Position numbers and translations under genes: made by a program | The notes under the pieces: model-generated | Told to the model about the DNA's origin: nothing | What the model saw: the letters and a program-made list of their open reading frames with translations, nothing else | The model's database searches: none | Assembly: GCF_009914755.1 (NCBI RefSeq) | Contig: NC_060926.1 | DNA: 64,000 nucleotides | Reading direction: 5' to 3' (one strand) | Source: the human T2T-CHM13v2.0 reference genome, Homo sapiens | Shown here: piece by piece, positions 13,307 to 25,114 of the stretch | How positions within the stretch are numbered: position 1 is the stretch's first letter | Layout: each line of letters opens with the position of its first letter

Positions 13307-14111
13307 CTTTGTGCTATGCATTTAAAAGACATATATGTTTTAATAATATTCACATAAATTACAGGCTGAAGGGAAAATATACAAGTCTAATAATATACGT
13401 AGCTACAGCACTTTTCCAGAATTAATCACGTGTAATTAAAGTTATGAAGTTGTTCTGACATGGTACAAAATGGACGAAAAATGCTTTAAAGAAAATGTAG
13501 AATTTAACAATATAACTACATCATCTTAGGATAGTATGGTCTTATTTTGTGTGGCTACTCATTGTGGATACTATGAGATCTACATTCTGTACTACATGCT
13601 ATTTTCACCATTGCAATGAGTGAGATAATCCAATAAATTCCCTTAGCTGGTTAAGGTAATTGAATGTTTGAAGAATATTTTGTTGCACACTGATGTGGAT
13701 ATTTCCAAAGGCTGTACTTATTTAAAATCTTTTGGGCAGAGCAAAGCACTAGGAAATTATCTTTTTATTTGGGATAAAACCCAGTGGGATTTGTCAGGAG
13801 AAGATTGGGCAGGGTGAATAAATTGAGTCTATTTGCCCTGTTTCAGCCAACAAAGAAAGTTGTGCCTAATTGTATAATCTTGATATATTCCTTGTTTAAT
13901 GTTGATAATACTGTAAGGTGATAATGATTGATATTCAACTGTGAATTACAAAGGAATGTAATACTTTGGATGTTTTCACTTTGAGTTTTTTCCTTCATAG
14001 TTAGTAAAACTTCTGTGATTGTATATGTACAGTTTTTATTTTTACCATTTTTATTATTCAATTTATTTGTCATATTTCTTTCTTATATGTTTGTTAATGT
14101 TTTGCAATCAA

Positions 14112-14592
14112 TGTAGATTAATCTTGGATTAGCTTTCCAGCTCATAACTGCTTGCTTTATTAGATTAGCCCCCCCACACAGAAAAGCAGGTCCCAGTTGT
14201 CATGTACATTGTAATCTTCCTAATTGGCTATCTGTAATTAACTCCGAGGTAGGTATCTAATCTAAATGGGCCAATCAGATTCTGAGTCAAAGTAAAACAA
14301 ACAAACAAACAAATAAAAACACCTATTACTAACCACTGATAAGCATTGAAATGTCACTAGAGCTGAACTTCATTTTACAGGTTCTGGAGAAAAAGTCCAA
14401 AAAGTCCATAACTACTGAATTATCTTGTAGGAATCTGGTTTTCCCATATTCTTAGCTATAATAGTTCAGCAATTCAGCTATTCCTTATAATATGTCTAAT
14501 GTCCCAGAACCCTACCAATAATTTGCTTCATTAATTGAAGTAGCCAGAAAAATTTTCTGTTATCTCTACCCAAGATAAATTTAACTAACTCA
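14112..14592 (+). mobile_element. Possible ancient ERVL-class LTR (LTR16/LTR41/LTR67-like)
   Basis: gggccaatcagattct motif and a 3' end agtagccagaaaattttctgttatct...aactaactca typical of this group; strongly diverged. Confidence 0.4.
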
Positions 14593-14874
14593 TAAATTGA
14601 GACCAGGTGTATTAGTCAGGGTTCTACTGTTTTTCAAGCCAGATGCTTCCAGATGGTGAAAAACATTAGAATTATTAGAAATAGAATAAGAACTATAGGA
14701 AATATGTGTATTTAGAATTGGTTATGGAATTCATATGGGCAAAAGACAATGTGTCTTTCCTCTAAATTACAAGATGGGATACTAATAGCCCTTATTATGC
14801 AGTAAGGGCAATCTTGAAACATGAGCATCAAGGGCTAAGTTAAAAAGGGATCAGGTTTTGGAAGTAAAATGAAG

Positions 14875-15253
14875 TGTTACAAAGTGAATTGTGTTCCTTA
14901 AAGTTCATATCTTAATGCCCTAACCTTCAATGTGATTCTATTTAAAGGTAAGACTTTTAGGAGGTGATTAAGATTAAATGAGGTCATAAGGGTGGGGTCT
15001 AATCTGATGGAAATGGTGGCTTGATAAGAAAAGGATAGATCCCTCACTCTGTCCTTGAACATTCACCTAGGAGAGGCAATGTGAGCACACAGCGAGAAGT
15101 CATCAGTCAGGAAGAGAGCCCTCACCAAAAACCTAATCATAATCGCCCTTGACCTAGGACTTCCATTCTCCAGAACTGTGAAAAAATAAATTTCCTTTGT
15201 TTGAGTTACTCAGTCTGTGAGACTTTCGTTATGGCACACCTAGCAGAGTAAGA
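14875..15253 (+). mobile_element. MaLR solo LTR (MLT1A-like)
   Basis: tgttac...tgaattgtgttcc...aaatgaggtcataagggtgggg...agagccctcacca...ctccagaactgtgaaaaaataaatttc. Confidence 0.88.
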
Positions 15254-15891
15254 AGTTGAGTAAGGTCAATTGGCGCTGATTCTAAAAAAAGAGTAGACTC
15301 TTTAATTGACCATACCTTCATTAACCTAAAACATGAATAAGAGGAGACGAAGACATTCCTTCATTACAGATGATCATTTAGATGAAAACAATATGTTCCC
15401 ATAAAGAAAGATAGTGCCGTATTTTAGCATATTTTTAGTTCCAATGATTATTTTAATTACTATGCACATCTTTGTACAGCTTTTGATTTTGTTTCATGGT
15501 AAGATAAATGACTCTCAATATAAGTCCCAAAAAGAAAGCTCGTTAACATTCAGAATACTCTGTGTAAGGTTTTTTTTGGTAATGGCTTTTCTCTGGATAC
15601 ACGGCAAAGACTGAATAAGGTGCTAACCAGTGAGCAAAAGATTATATCCTCCCTTTCTAAAATTATTTTTCATAGAATGTCATTTCAATAACCAGAAGAT
15701 ACTACATTGCAATGTCATAAAATACACAAAGGTAGTCTTGATTTTGTAACAAAAATAGTACCCTGGATTAATTCTTCTGTAAGTCATATACAATAAAGAA
15801 ATTTTAAACAACAATAATTATAATGAATGATAAAAACACTTGCTGAACTTTAAGAGAAGAATACAGAAAAGGAAAAGAAAAAGACAAGGAT

Positions 15892-17278
15892 ATGTTTGTT
15901 GGCCATGTAAATGCCTTCTTTTGAGAAGTGTCTGTTCACATCCTTTGCCTACCTTTTGATGGAGTTGCTTGTTTTTTCTTGTAAATTTGTTTAAACTCCT
16001 TGTGAATTCTGGACATTAGATCTTTGTCAGGTGAATACATTGCAAAAAGTTTCTCCCATTCTGAAGGTTGCCTGTTTACTCTGATGATAGTTTCTTTTGT
16101 TCTGCAGAAGCTCTTTAGTTTAATTAGATCCCATTTGTCAATTTTGGCTTTTGTTACAAATTGGCGTTTTGTCATTGCTTTTGGCGTTTTCGTCATGAAG
16201 TCTTTGCCCATGCCTATGATCTGAATGGTATAGCCTATGTTTTTTTCTAGGGTTCCTATGGTTTTGGGTTTTACATTTAAGTCTTTAATGTATCTTGTGT
16301 TTTTTTTTTCATAAAGTGTAAGGAAGGGGTCCAGTTATAGTTTTCTGCATATGGCTACCCAGTTTTCCCAGCACCATTTACTGAGCAGGTTTGTCGAAGA
16401 TCAGATGGTTGTAGATGTGTGGTGTCATTTCTGAGATCTCTGCTCTGTTCCATTGGTCTATATGTCTGTTTTGGGACCAGCACCATGCTGTTTTGGTCAC
16501 TGTAACTTTGTGGTATAGTTTGAAGTCAGATAATGTGATGCCTTCAGCTTTGTTCTTTTTGCTTAGGATTGTCTTGGCTATACAGGTTCTTCTTTGATTC
16601 CATATGAAATTTAAAATAGTTTTTTTTTCTAATTCTGTGAAGAATATCAGTGGTAGTTTGATGGAAATAGCATTGAATATATAAATTACTTCCGGCAGTA
16701 TAGCCATTTTCACGATATTGATTCTTCCTATCCATGAGGATGGAATGTTTTTTCCTTTGTTTGTGTCCTCTCTTATTTCCTTGAGCAGTGGTTTGTAGTT
16801 CTCCTTGAAGAGGTCCTTCATATCCCTTGTTAGCTGTATTCCTAGGTATTTTTTCTCTTTGTAGCTATTGAGAATGGGAGTTTATTCATGATTTGACTCT
16901 CTGCTTACCTGTTGTTGGTGTAAAGGGATGCTTGTGAATTTTGCACATTGATTTTGTATCCTGAGACTTTGCTGAAGTTGCTTATCAGTTCAAGAGTTTT
17001 TGGGCTGAGATGATGTGGTTTTCTAAATATAAAAGTATGTCATCTGCAAACAGAGACAATTTGACTTCCTCTCTACCTATTTGAATACCTTTTATTTCTT
17101 TCCCTTGTCTGTTTTGCCCTGGCCAGAACTTCCAATATGATGTTGAATAGGAATGGTGACAGTGGGCATCCTTGTCTTGTACCAGTTTTAAAAAGGAATG
17201 CTTCCAGCTTTTGCCCATTCAATAAGATATTGGCTGTGGGTTTGTCATAAATAGCTCTTATTGTTTTGAGATATGTTC
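15892..17278 (-). mobile_element. L1PA (PA12-14-like) inverted ORF2 segment of a twin-primed insertion
   Basis: ORF2 remnants [20 protein letters not shown] (16378-16821), [16 protein letters not shown] and SLFADD on the minus strand. Confidence 0.95.
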
Positions 17279-18030
17279 AGCATCACTGATCATCAGAGAA
17301 ATGCAAAGCAAAACCACAATGAGATACCATCTCATGCCAGTCAGAATGGTGATTGTTAAAAAGTCAGGAAACAATAGATGCTGATAAGGCTCTGGAGAAA
17401 TAGAAACACTTTTATACTGTTGGGGGAAATGTAAATTAGTGCAATTATTGTGGAAGACAGTATGACAATTCCTCAAGGACCTAGAACCATAAATACCAAT
17501 TGACCCAGCAATCCCATTACTGAGTATATGCCCAAGGGAATATAAATCATTCTACTGTAAAGACACATGGACACGTATGTTGATTGCAGCACTTTTTGCA
17601 ATAGCAAAGTCATGGAACCAACCCAAATGCCCATCAGTGATAGACTGGATCAAGAAAATGTGGTACATATACAGCATGGAACACTATGCAGCCATAAAAA
17701 GGAATGAGATTATATCCTTTGCAGGGACATGGATGAAGCTGGAAGCCATCATCCTCAGCAAGCTAACACAGGAACAGAAAAGCAAACACTGCACATTCTC
17801 ACTCATAAGTGGGAGCTGAACATTGAGAACACAGGGGCACAGAGAGGGGAATCATACACACCAGGGCCTGTTGGGGGATCGGGGGCTAGGAGAGTGAACT
17901 TAGAGGACAGGTCAACAGGTGTAGCAAACCACCATGGCAAATGTATACCTATGTAAGAAAACTGCAAGTTCTGAACATGTGTCTTTATTTTTAGAAGAAA
18001 TAATAAATGAATAAACCATTAACAGAAAGA
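17279..18030 (+). mobile_element. L1PA (PA12-14-like) sense 3' segment and tail of the same insertion
   Basis: catcactgatcatcagagaaatgcaa...WNQPKCPS..DWIKKMW...aacttagaggacaggtcaa...A-rich tail. Confidence 0.95.
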
Positions 18031-19519
18031 AGAAAAAAGGATCAATGATATAGAATGAGAGTACATAAGGAAGGTCTACAACAGGCATTCTTTAGCAAGA
18101 ACAAAATGTGTGTTACTTTTAAAAAGAGATATACGTTATTATAATAGTATACCTAAGTAAGTAATGTGTTGTCAGAATATTTAATTGCAATATAACAATG
18201 ATTTGTAGATATTTCCATTGTCTTATTCATAAAATAAATTTCAACTCTACTTTCCTGACAACCCTTCTGCTAACGCAGGTTATAATTTCAAAGCGCACCT
18301 AACTCACATCTCAAAAATTCTAACCTGGGTAAATATGCCAAAATTGAGGAGCCATCACTATCAATAAAGATAGAATATTGCTAAAATCAATGTCCATTTT
18401 TATGATGAGAGAAAATAAAATCTAGATGGAAGTGATAGAATTAATGGGCCCATGAAAGTTATTTACAAAGGAAATAAATCCACCAAGAGGTGTTAAACAT
18501 ATGTTTTTAAAGAACACCTGAGATATGAAAGTTTTGGAGGCAAGTATAAAGAAAAATAATCAAGACTCAGAATGAAGTCCACTGTAAGTTATGAACCCTG
18601 AACAGATGAAAGCATAATTGATATTACTGCATATGTACCCATAATTTATTTTTATACTAGATTTGTTTCATAAAAAGATGATTTTTACTATGATAAGTTA
18701 CTTCAGGTCTGTAGCAGAGATGCATGTCCCTTTCTGGAATTTATTTATTTTATTTTTATGTAGAGATGAATTTAATTTTTAGAATTTGCAGCTTTTTGTC
18801 TAATAAAATTATATAACCGGAGACAACAACATATTTTATGTCACTCAGAAGAAAATGTCAGAAGATGAAGTATAGTTTTTCATGTTTTTAATTACAAAAT
18901 GGAGACATAACACCTTCTGTATTGTTATAATATATTCATTAAATTCCATGTGATTTGAAAAATATAAAGCAATAATTTAAAAATATTTTCAAATAATTAT
19001 AATTTAAAATATCTTACTATCACTGCATTGCATTTAGTTACATTAAGTATACCTTTAGCATAATATTTATTTTTGGTAAAAGAATCAATTTTGCCCTTTT
19101 CTACTATTAAAAATATGTTAGCAATCATTTTGATGAACATAAATAAGAACAAACATTTGAAAAACATCTTGCAAACACCAGAAACAAAAACAGAGTAACT
19201 CCTTATCTAGTAAAATATTTAAATAGTTTTTTGGGGCTTAATTTTTCTAAATAGTAAGAAGTCCCCTGTGCAATCCTTATTCCTAATTTGGTGATGGAGC
19301 CCCGTTGTGGTGGTGGGCCAAAGCCATCAGTTATTAATATCTGAATCTACAGTTGTTGACTTGCTTGAATCTCTACTTTCTTCTTCCAGTGAGGCAGAAT
19401 TTATGAATTTCAGTTTTCCAAGCACCATCAGAGGACAAAACAAACATAGAGATAAAATTACATTGAGTCTTAAAAAATAGGTTATACATAGGTAGAAAAA
19501 GAAAAGAAAGGATAAAACA

Positions 19520-20000
19520 GGCAAGTGCAGTAGCAAGAACACAGGCAAAAGACAGAGATGTCCGTGGTGTATTCAGCAGTGAGTAAACAGCCTGGACTAG
19601 CATAAGGTGCACATAATATCAAATTTCAAAAGGCCTTGAATACTAGACAAGCAGCATTCACTTTTATCCTAAGGCTAGTACAGAATTATTAAATATTGGG
19701 ATAAAGTGCTAAGAATATAAATGGTTTAAGTTTAATTTTTAAAAATTACTGCTGTAAACTTAGGTACTACCTCTATCTAGATTGCCATTCTTCACTTTCT
19801 TCTGTCAACATTTGCATGAATTGCAGCAAGGTGACATTGGTAGTGCAGAGATTGATTTAAAAAGCAATTGCCCTAGTCTAGGTATGAGGTATTGAAGAAC
19901 AAATTAACAAGAATTGATACAGATAATTTGGAGGGAAAGAAGACTCTCTAGGAATGAGAAAATTAGGACATCTTTGACAGAAATGACTTCCTAGCTAAGG
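19520..20000 (-). mobile_element. L2 relic
   Basis: aaggccttgaatactagacaag...ttttatcctaaggc; aagcaattgccctagtctaggtatgagg. Confidence 0.4.
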
Positions 20001-21167
20001 AAAGGAAGAATAACAGAAGGTAGTTAAGAGAAATGCAGAATTGATTATAAAGACAGGAAGAGAATAAGAACAATACTTATCAAAAACAGAAAGATATCTT
20101 TAATTTAGAAACTGCCACCATAATTTATCCAATATGTAACTTTGATTTTAGTTAATGTAAGGCTGAGTGACTATCTTGAACTGAAATGCTTTGCCTAAAA
20201 ATGTAACAGGATTTGGGTGAGAGTTGGTGTGGCAGGGGAACCTCCACTGAAGATGATATGAGAGGATTTCCTGTGGCAAGGATAGTCAAATGCTAGAAGT
20301 GGTGATGTCTAATATTCAGGGCTATACTAGTTGTTATGTTGTCTTACATGGAAATACCCCTCTATACTCTCAACATAATTAGCACATACACTTCTCAGGA
20401 AGGTGCTCAACATTGTGAAATGGTATTTAAGGATAGAGTGGGAAGAGAGGCATGATATAAGAGAGCTAAGGCTAAAAAATTCATAGAAGCAAGAAATTCT
20501 AAACTGAGATGATTTGGAGATATATAGACCATCAATAATTTTTACAGACTCTAGAGAATGAGTGTAAATTCAAAGATCTTTATTTAAATATGAATGTATT
20601 AGCTGATCTCCAGTACTCTGGAGGACACTACAAATATTCTGTCACTGGACTTTGAAGTAAAAGTGAAATCTTAGTCCTAGACCAGAGAGAATTGATGATG
20701 AATTAATAGTAAAAGGATAATAAGTTGGGAAAATACAAAATGCACAAAGAAAGTCAAAGGCAAATGTGTCAAACAAAATTCTATAGGAGTTGAAAAAAGG
20801 AAAAGGAATAAATATCCTAAAACCCTGAGGTTGCAGTGGAGAAATGTGATGAACAACAGCAACATAGGCAACAACGCTCTGAGATGGTAGGCCAGGATGG
20901 TAATAAGAGTAGGAAAGCAAATCTCTAGATGTATTTTATGATTTAGATTAAGCAAATAACTTCCTCCCCTCATAGTATTGTTAGGTATTTATATACTGAA
21001 ATAAATGTCTGATTGGTTTAAGACACCAAGATAATGAAGCTTTACAGAAGTTTCAGTCTAAATCAGTAATTTGGACTTTGTTGAAAGAAAGAATAATTTG
21101 AAACAGCTATTTATTTTTTCTTATTTTGTGGCAGTGGTGATTTAATATGGAAATAGAAGAAAAAAAC

Positions 21168-23880
21168 AGAAGAAATGGATAAATTCCTGGACACATAACC
21201 CTCCCAAAACTAAACCAGAAAGAAGTTGAATCCCTGAATAGACCAATAACAAATTCTGAAATTGAGGCGTAATTAATAGCCTATCCACCAATAAAAGCCT
21301 AGGACCAGATGGATTTACAGTCAAATTCTACCAGAGGTACAAAAGGGAGCTGGTACTACTCCTTCTGAAGCTATTGCAAAGAATTGAAAAGAAGGGACTC
21401 CTCCCTAACTCATTTTATGAAGCCAGCATCATCCTAACACTGAAACTTGGCAGAAACACAACAGTAAAAACAACAAAACTTCAGGCCAATATCCCTGACG
21501 AAGATTGGTGCAAAAATCCTCAACAAAGTACTGGCAAATCAAATGCAGCAGCACATCAAAAAACTTATCCACCACAGTCAAGTCAGCTTCATCCCTGGGA
21601 TGCAAGACTGGTTCAACATACACAAGTCGGTAAGTGTAATTCATAGCATAAACAGAATCAAAGACAAAAACCACATGATTATCTCAATAGATGCAGAAAA
21701 TTCAACACCCCTTTATGTTAAAAACTCTCAATAAATTAGGTATTGATGGAACATATCTCAAAATAATAAGAGCTATTTATGACAAACTCACAGCCAATAT
21801 CTTATTGAATGGGCAAAAGCTGGAAACATTCCCTTTGAAAACTGGTACAAGACAAGAATCCCCTCTCTCATCATTCCTATTCAACATCATATTGGAAGTT
21901 CTGGCCAGGGCAATCAGGCAAGATAAAGAAACAAAACCTATTTGAATAAGAGGAGAAGTCGGATTGTCTCTATTTGCAGATGACATGATTTTATATATAG
22001 AAAACCCCATCATCTCAGCCCCAAAACTCTTTTAGCTGATAAGCAACTTCAGCAAAGCCTCAGGATACAAAATCAATGTGCAAAATTCACAAGCATCCCT
22101 TTACACCAACAACAGGCAAGCAGAGAACCAAATCATGAATAAACTCCCATTCACAATTGCTACAAAGAGAATAAAATACCTAGGAATACAGCTAATAAGG
22201 AATATGAAGGACATTTTCTAGGAGAACTACAAACCACTGCTCAAGGAAATAAAAGAGGACACAAACAAAGGAAAAAACATTCCATCCTCATGGATACGAA
22301 GAATCAATATCGTGAAAATGGCCATACTGCCCAAAGTAATTTATAGATTCAATGCTATTCCCATCAAACTACCATTGAAATTCTTCACAGAATTAGAAAA
22401 AAAACTATTTAAAATTTTATATGGAATCAAAGAAGAACCCGTATAGCCAAGACAATCCTAAGCAAAAAAAACAAAGCTGGAGGCATCACGCTACCTGACT
22501 TCAAACTATACTATAAGGCTACAGTGACCAAAACAGCATGGTACTGGTCCCAAAACAGACATATAGCCCAATGGAACAGAATGAGACCTCAGAAATAATG
22601 CCACACTACTACAATTGCCTGATCTTTGACAAACCTGACAAAAACAAGCAATGGGGAAAATGGTCCTAGAAAAACTGACTAACCATATATAGAAAATTGT
22701 AACTGGACCCCTTCCTTAGACCTTATACAAAAATTAACTCAAGATGGATTAAATACTTAAAGGTAAAACCCCAAAGCATAAAAATCCTAGAAGAAAACCT
22801 AGGCAATACCATTCAGGACATAGTCATGTGCAAAGACTTCATGACGAAAATGCCAAAAGCAATTGCAACAAAAGCCAAAATTGACAAATGGGATCTAATT
22901 AAACTAAAGAGCTTCTGCACAGCAAAAGAAACTACCATCAGAGTGAACAGGCAACCTACAGAATGGGAGAAAATTTTTGCAATCTACCCATCTGACAAAA
23001 GCCTAATATCCACAATTTACAATGAACTTAAACAAATTTACAAGAAAAAAAAACAACTCCATCAAAAAGTGGTCAAAGGACATGAACAGACACTTCTCAA
23101 AAGAAGAAATTTACATGGCCAACAAATATATGAAAAGAAGCTCAACATCATTGATCATTAGAGAAATGCAAATCAAAACCACAATGAGATACCATTGCAT
23201 GCGAGTCAGAATTGGCAATTATTAAGCAGTCCAGAAGCAATAGATGCTGGTGAGGCTGTGGAGAAATAGGAACCCTTTTTCACTGTTGGAAATGTAAATT
23301 GATTCAACTATTGTGGAAAAGAGTATGGCCATTCCTCAAGGATCTAGAACCAGAAATACCATTTGACCCAGCAATCCCATTACTGGGTATATACCCAAAG
23401 GAATATAAATCATTCTACTATAAAGACACATTCACACGTATATTTATTGTAGCACCATTTGCAATCACAAAGTCATGGAACCAACCCAAATGCTCATCAG
23501 TGATAGATTGGATAAAGAAAATGTGGCATATATATACCATGGAACACTACACAGCCATAAAAAGGAATGAGATCATGTTCTTTGCAGGAACATGGATGAA
23601 GCTGGAAGCCATCATCCTCAGCAAACTAACACAGGAACAGAAAACCAAACGCCGCATATTCTCACTCATAAGTGGGAGTTGAACAATGAGAACACATCGA
23701 CACAGGGAGGGGAACAACACACACCAGGGCCTGTTTGGAGGTGGGAGGTGAGGGGAGGGAATTTAGAGGACAGGTCAATAGGTGCAGCAAACCACCATGG
23801 CACATGTACACCTATGTAACTAACCTGAACATTCTGCACATGTATCCCAGAACGTAAAGTAAAATTTTAAAAAAAGGAAA
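21168..23880 (+). mobile_element. 5'-truncated L1PA (PA12-14-like): decayed ORF2 (RT to C-terminus) plus 3' UTR
   Basis: Frameshifted ORF2 fragments [33 protein letters not shown], tttgcagatgacatg (FADDM), [20 protein letters not shown]; 3' UTR and tail. Confidence 0.97.
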
Positions 23881-23919
23881 ATTATTTTCAAAATATATTT
23901 CTCAAAAATATAAGGAGGA

Positions 23920-24140
23920 TATAATATCATTATTAATATATGATAGTTCACATATACATTATATATAATCATATATGTAATATATGATGGTATACATATA
24001 ATAGTATATATGTTATATACTATAGTATACATATAGTATATATATTATTTAGTGTATATGTTATATATATATTGTGTGTATATATATAGTGTTTATGTGT
24101 GTGTGTATATATATATATATATAAAGTGACTATATATTAT
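23920..24140. repeat. (TA)n/(TG)n low-complexity tract
   Basis: tatata/tagtatata units and gtgtgtgtgtatatatatatatatata. Confidence 0.85.
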
Positions 24141-24305
24141 TCTAGAAATTAGTTAAGGTTGTTATTTTTATATAGTATATGTAATTCCTAACCCAATAAA
24201 GAATACATTGAGTTTTTGTTAAAGCAGACTTAAACACTAAAACACATTAGCTTTCATATATTTATATGAATTTTGCATATATTATAGAGCTTTTATAATG
24301 GATTG

Positions 24306-24800
24306 TGTAAAGCAGATTCACTGTGCACTGGTTACCACTTCAGCCTGCTACATCTTGGTCTGCAATTTCTACTACTTGCGTGAGTCCACTGAGACAGAAC
24401 ACTAAAACAAAAGGTTAACTGAAGCAATTTTATTACTCACTAAGCAGCAAGGAACAATGAAAGCCTAGGATTCATGATAAGCTGATTACTCAAGTCTTGG
24501 GAAAGCTGCTCAGGGCAGATGGATTATCATCCTTTTGTGCCCCATTTGCACACCACAGCTGAAGGAGCCCAGAAAGCAGTCCACCATAGGTTTTTTGTAT
24601 CCTGCAAGTCACAAGAATCACTGGAATAAGGTTTTATAAAACATCCTGTTTTAGGAGGGACTGGAACAAAGCCTGGACCATTCCAGCCAACACCTCTTAG
24701 GATTTTGTATTCACAGTATATTCTATAATTGTTTTTGAGAATAGAGGCATAAAGGGAAGAGAACTGGATCAGTCTAAAGCCACCCAGTAACTATCCTGAA
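24306..24800 (-). mobile_element. ERVL-class solo LTR (MER54/MER73/MER74 group)
   Basis: tgtaaagcagattcactgtgcactggttacca...acatcctgttttaggagggactggaacaaagcc...agaactggatcagtctaaagccacccag; 5-bp TSD gattg (24301-24305 / 24801-24805). Confidence 0.75.
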
Positions 24801-24879
24801 GATTGTATTAACATGTTATTATATTTGTAGTTAATTGTAGTCACCTGGCAAGCAGCAAAAGAATAACCAGATAGCATTT

Positions 24880-25060
24880 GTGAAAATACAAATTCCTGGC
24901 CACAATATCTAGAAATTAATGTGCCTAGGTTTGGGTTCAGCCTCGGAACATTCACGGAATATCTAGGTGAGAAACCTAAAGCCAGAGAGGTTAATTTATT
25001 CCTTCAAGGTAGTGCAGCTAAATTGCATATCCTGATTCCCATGGCAAGTCTCTAATCTGA
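24880..25060. mobile_element. MER5-like fragment followed by a MIR fragment
   Basis: aaaatacaaattcctggcc (MER5-like); ggtgagaaacctaaagccagagaggttaa (MIR core, antisense). Confidence 0.45.
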
Positions 25061-25114
25061 AACCTGGATGGTGATATAAGTTTCAAGTAGAAGAGATGCT
25101 CAAACAATAAAGTT

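Noticed and set aside
15936-23819. ORFs with reverse-transcriptase or ORF2p-like peptides (e.g. 16378-16821, 21374-21945, 22826-23682)
   Set aside because: Frameshifted remnants of 5'-truncated L1PA copies; not functional genes and not a novel RT system.
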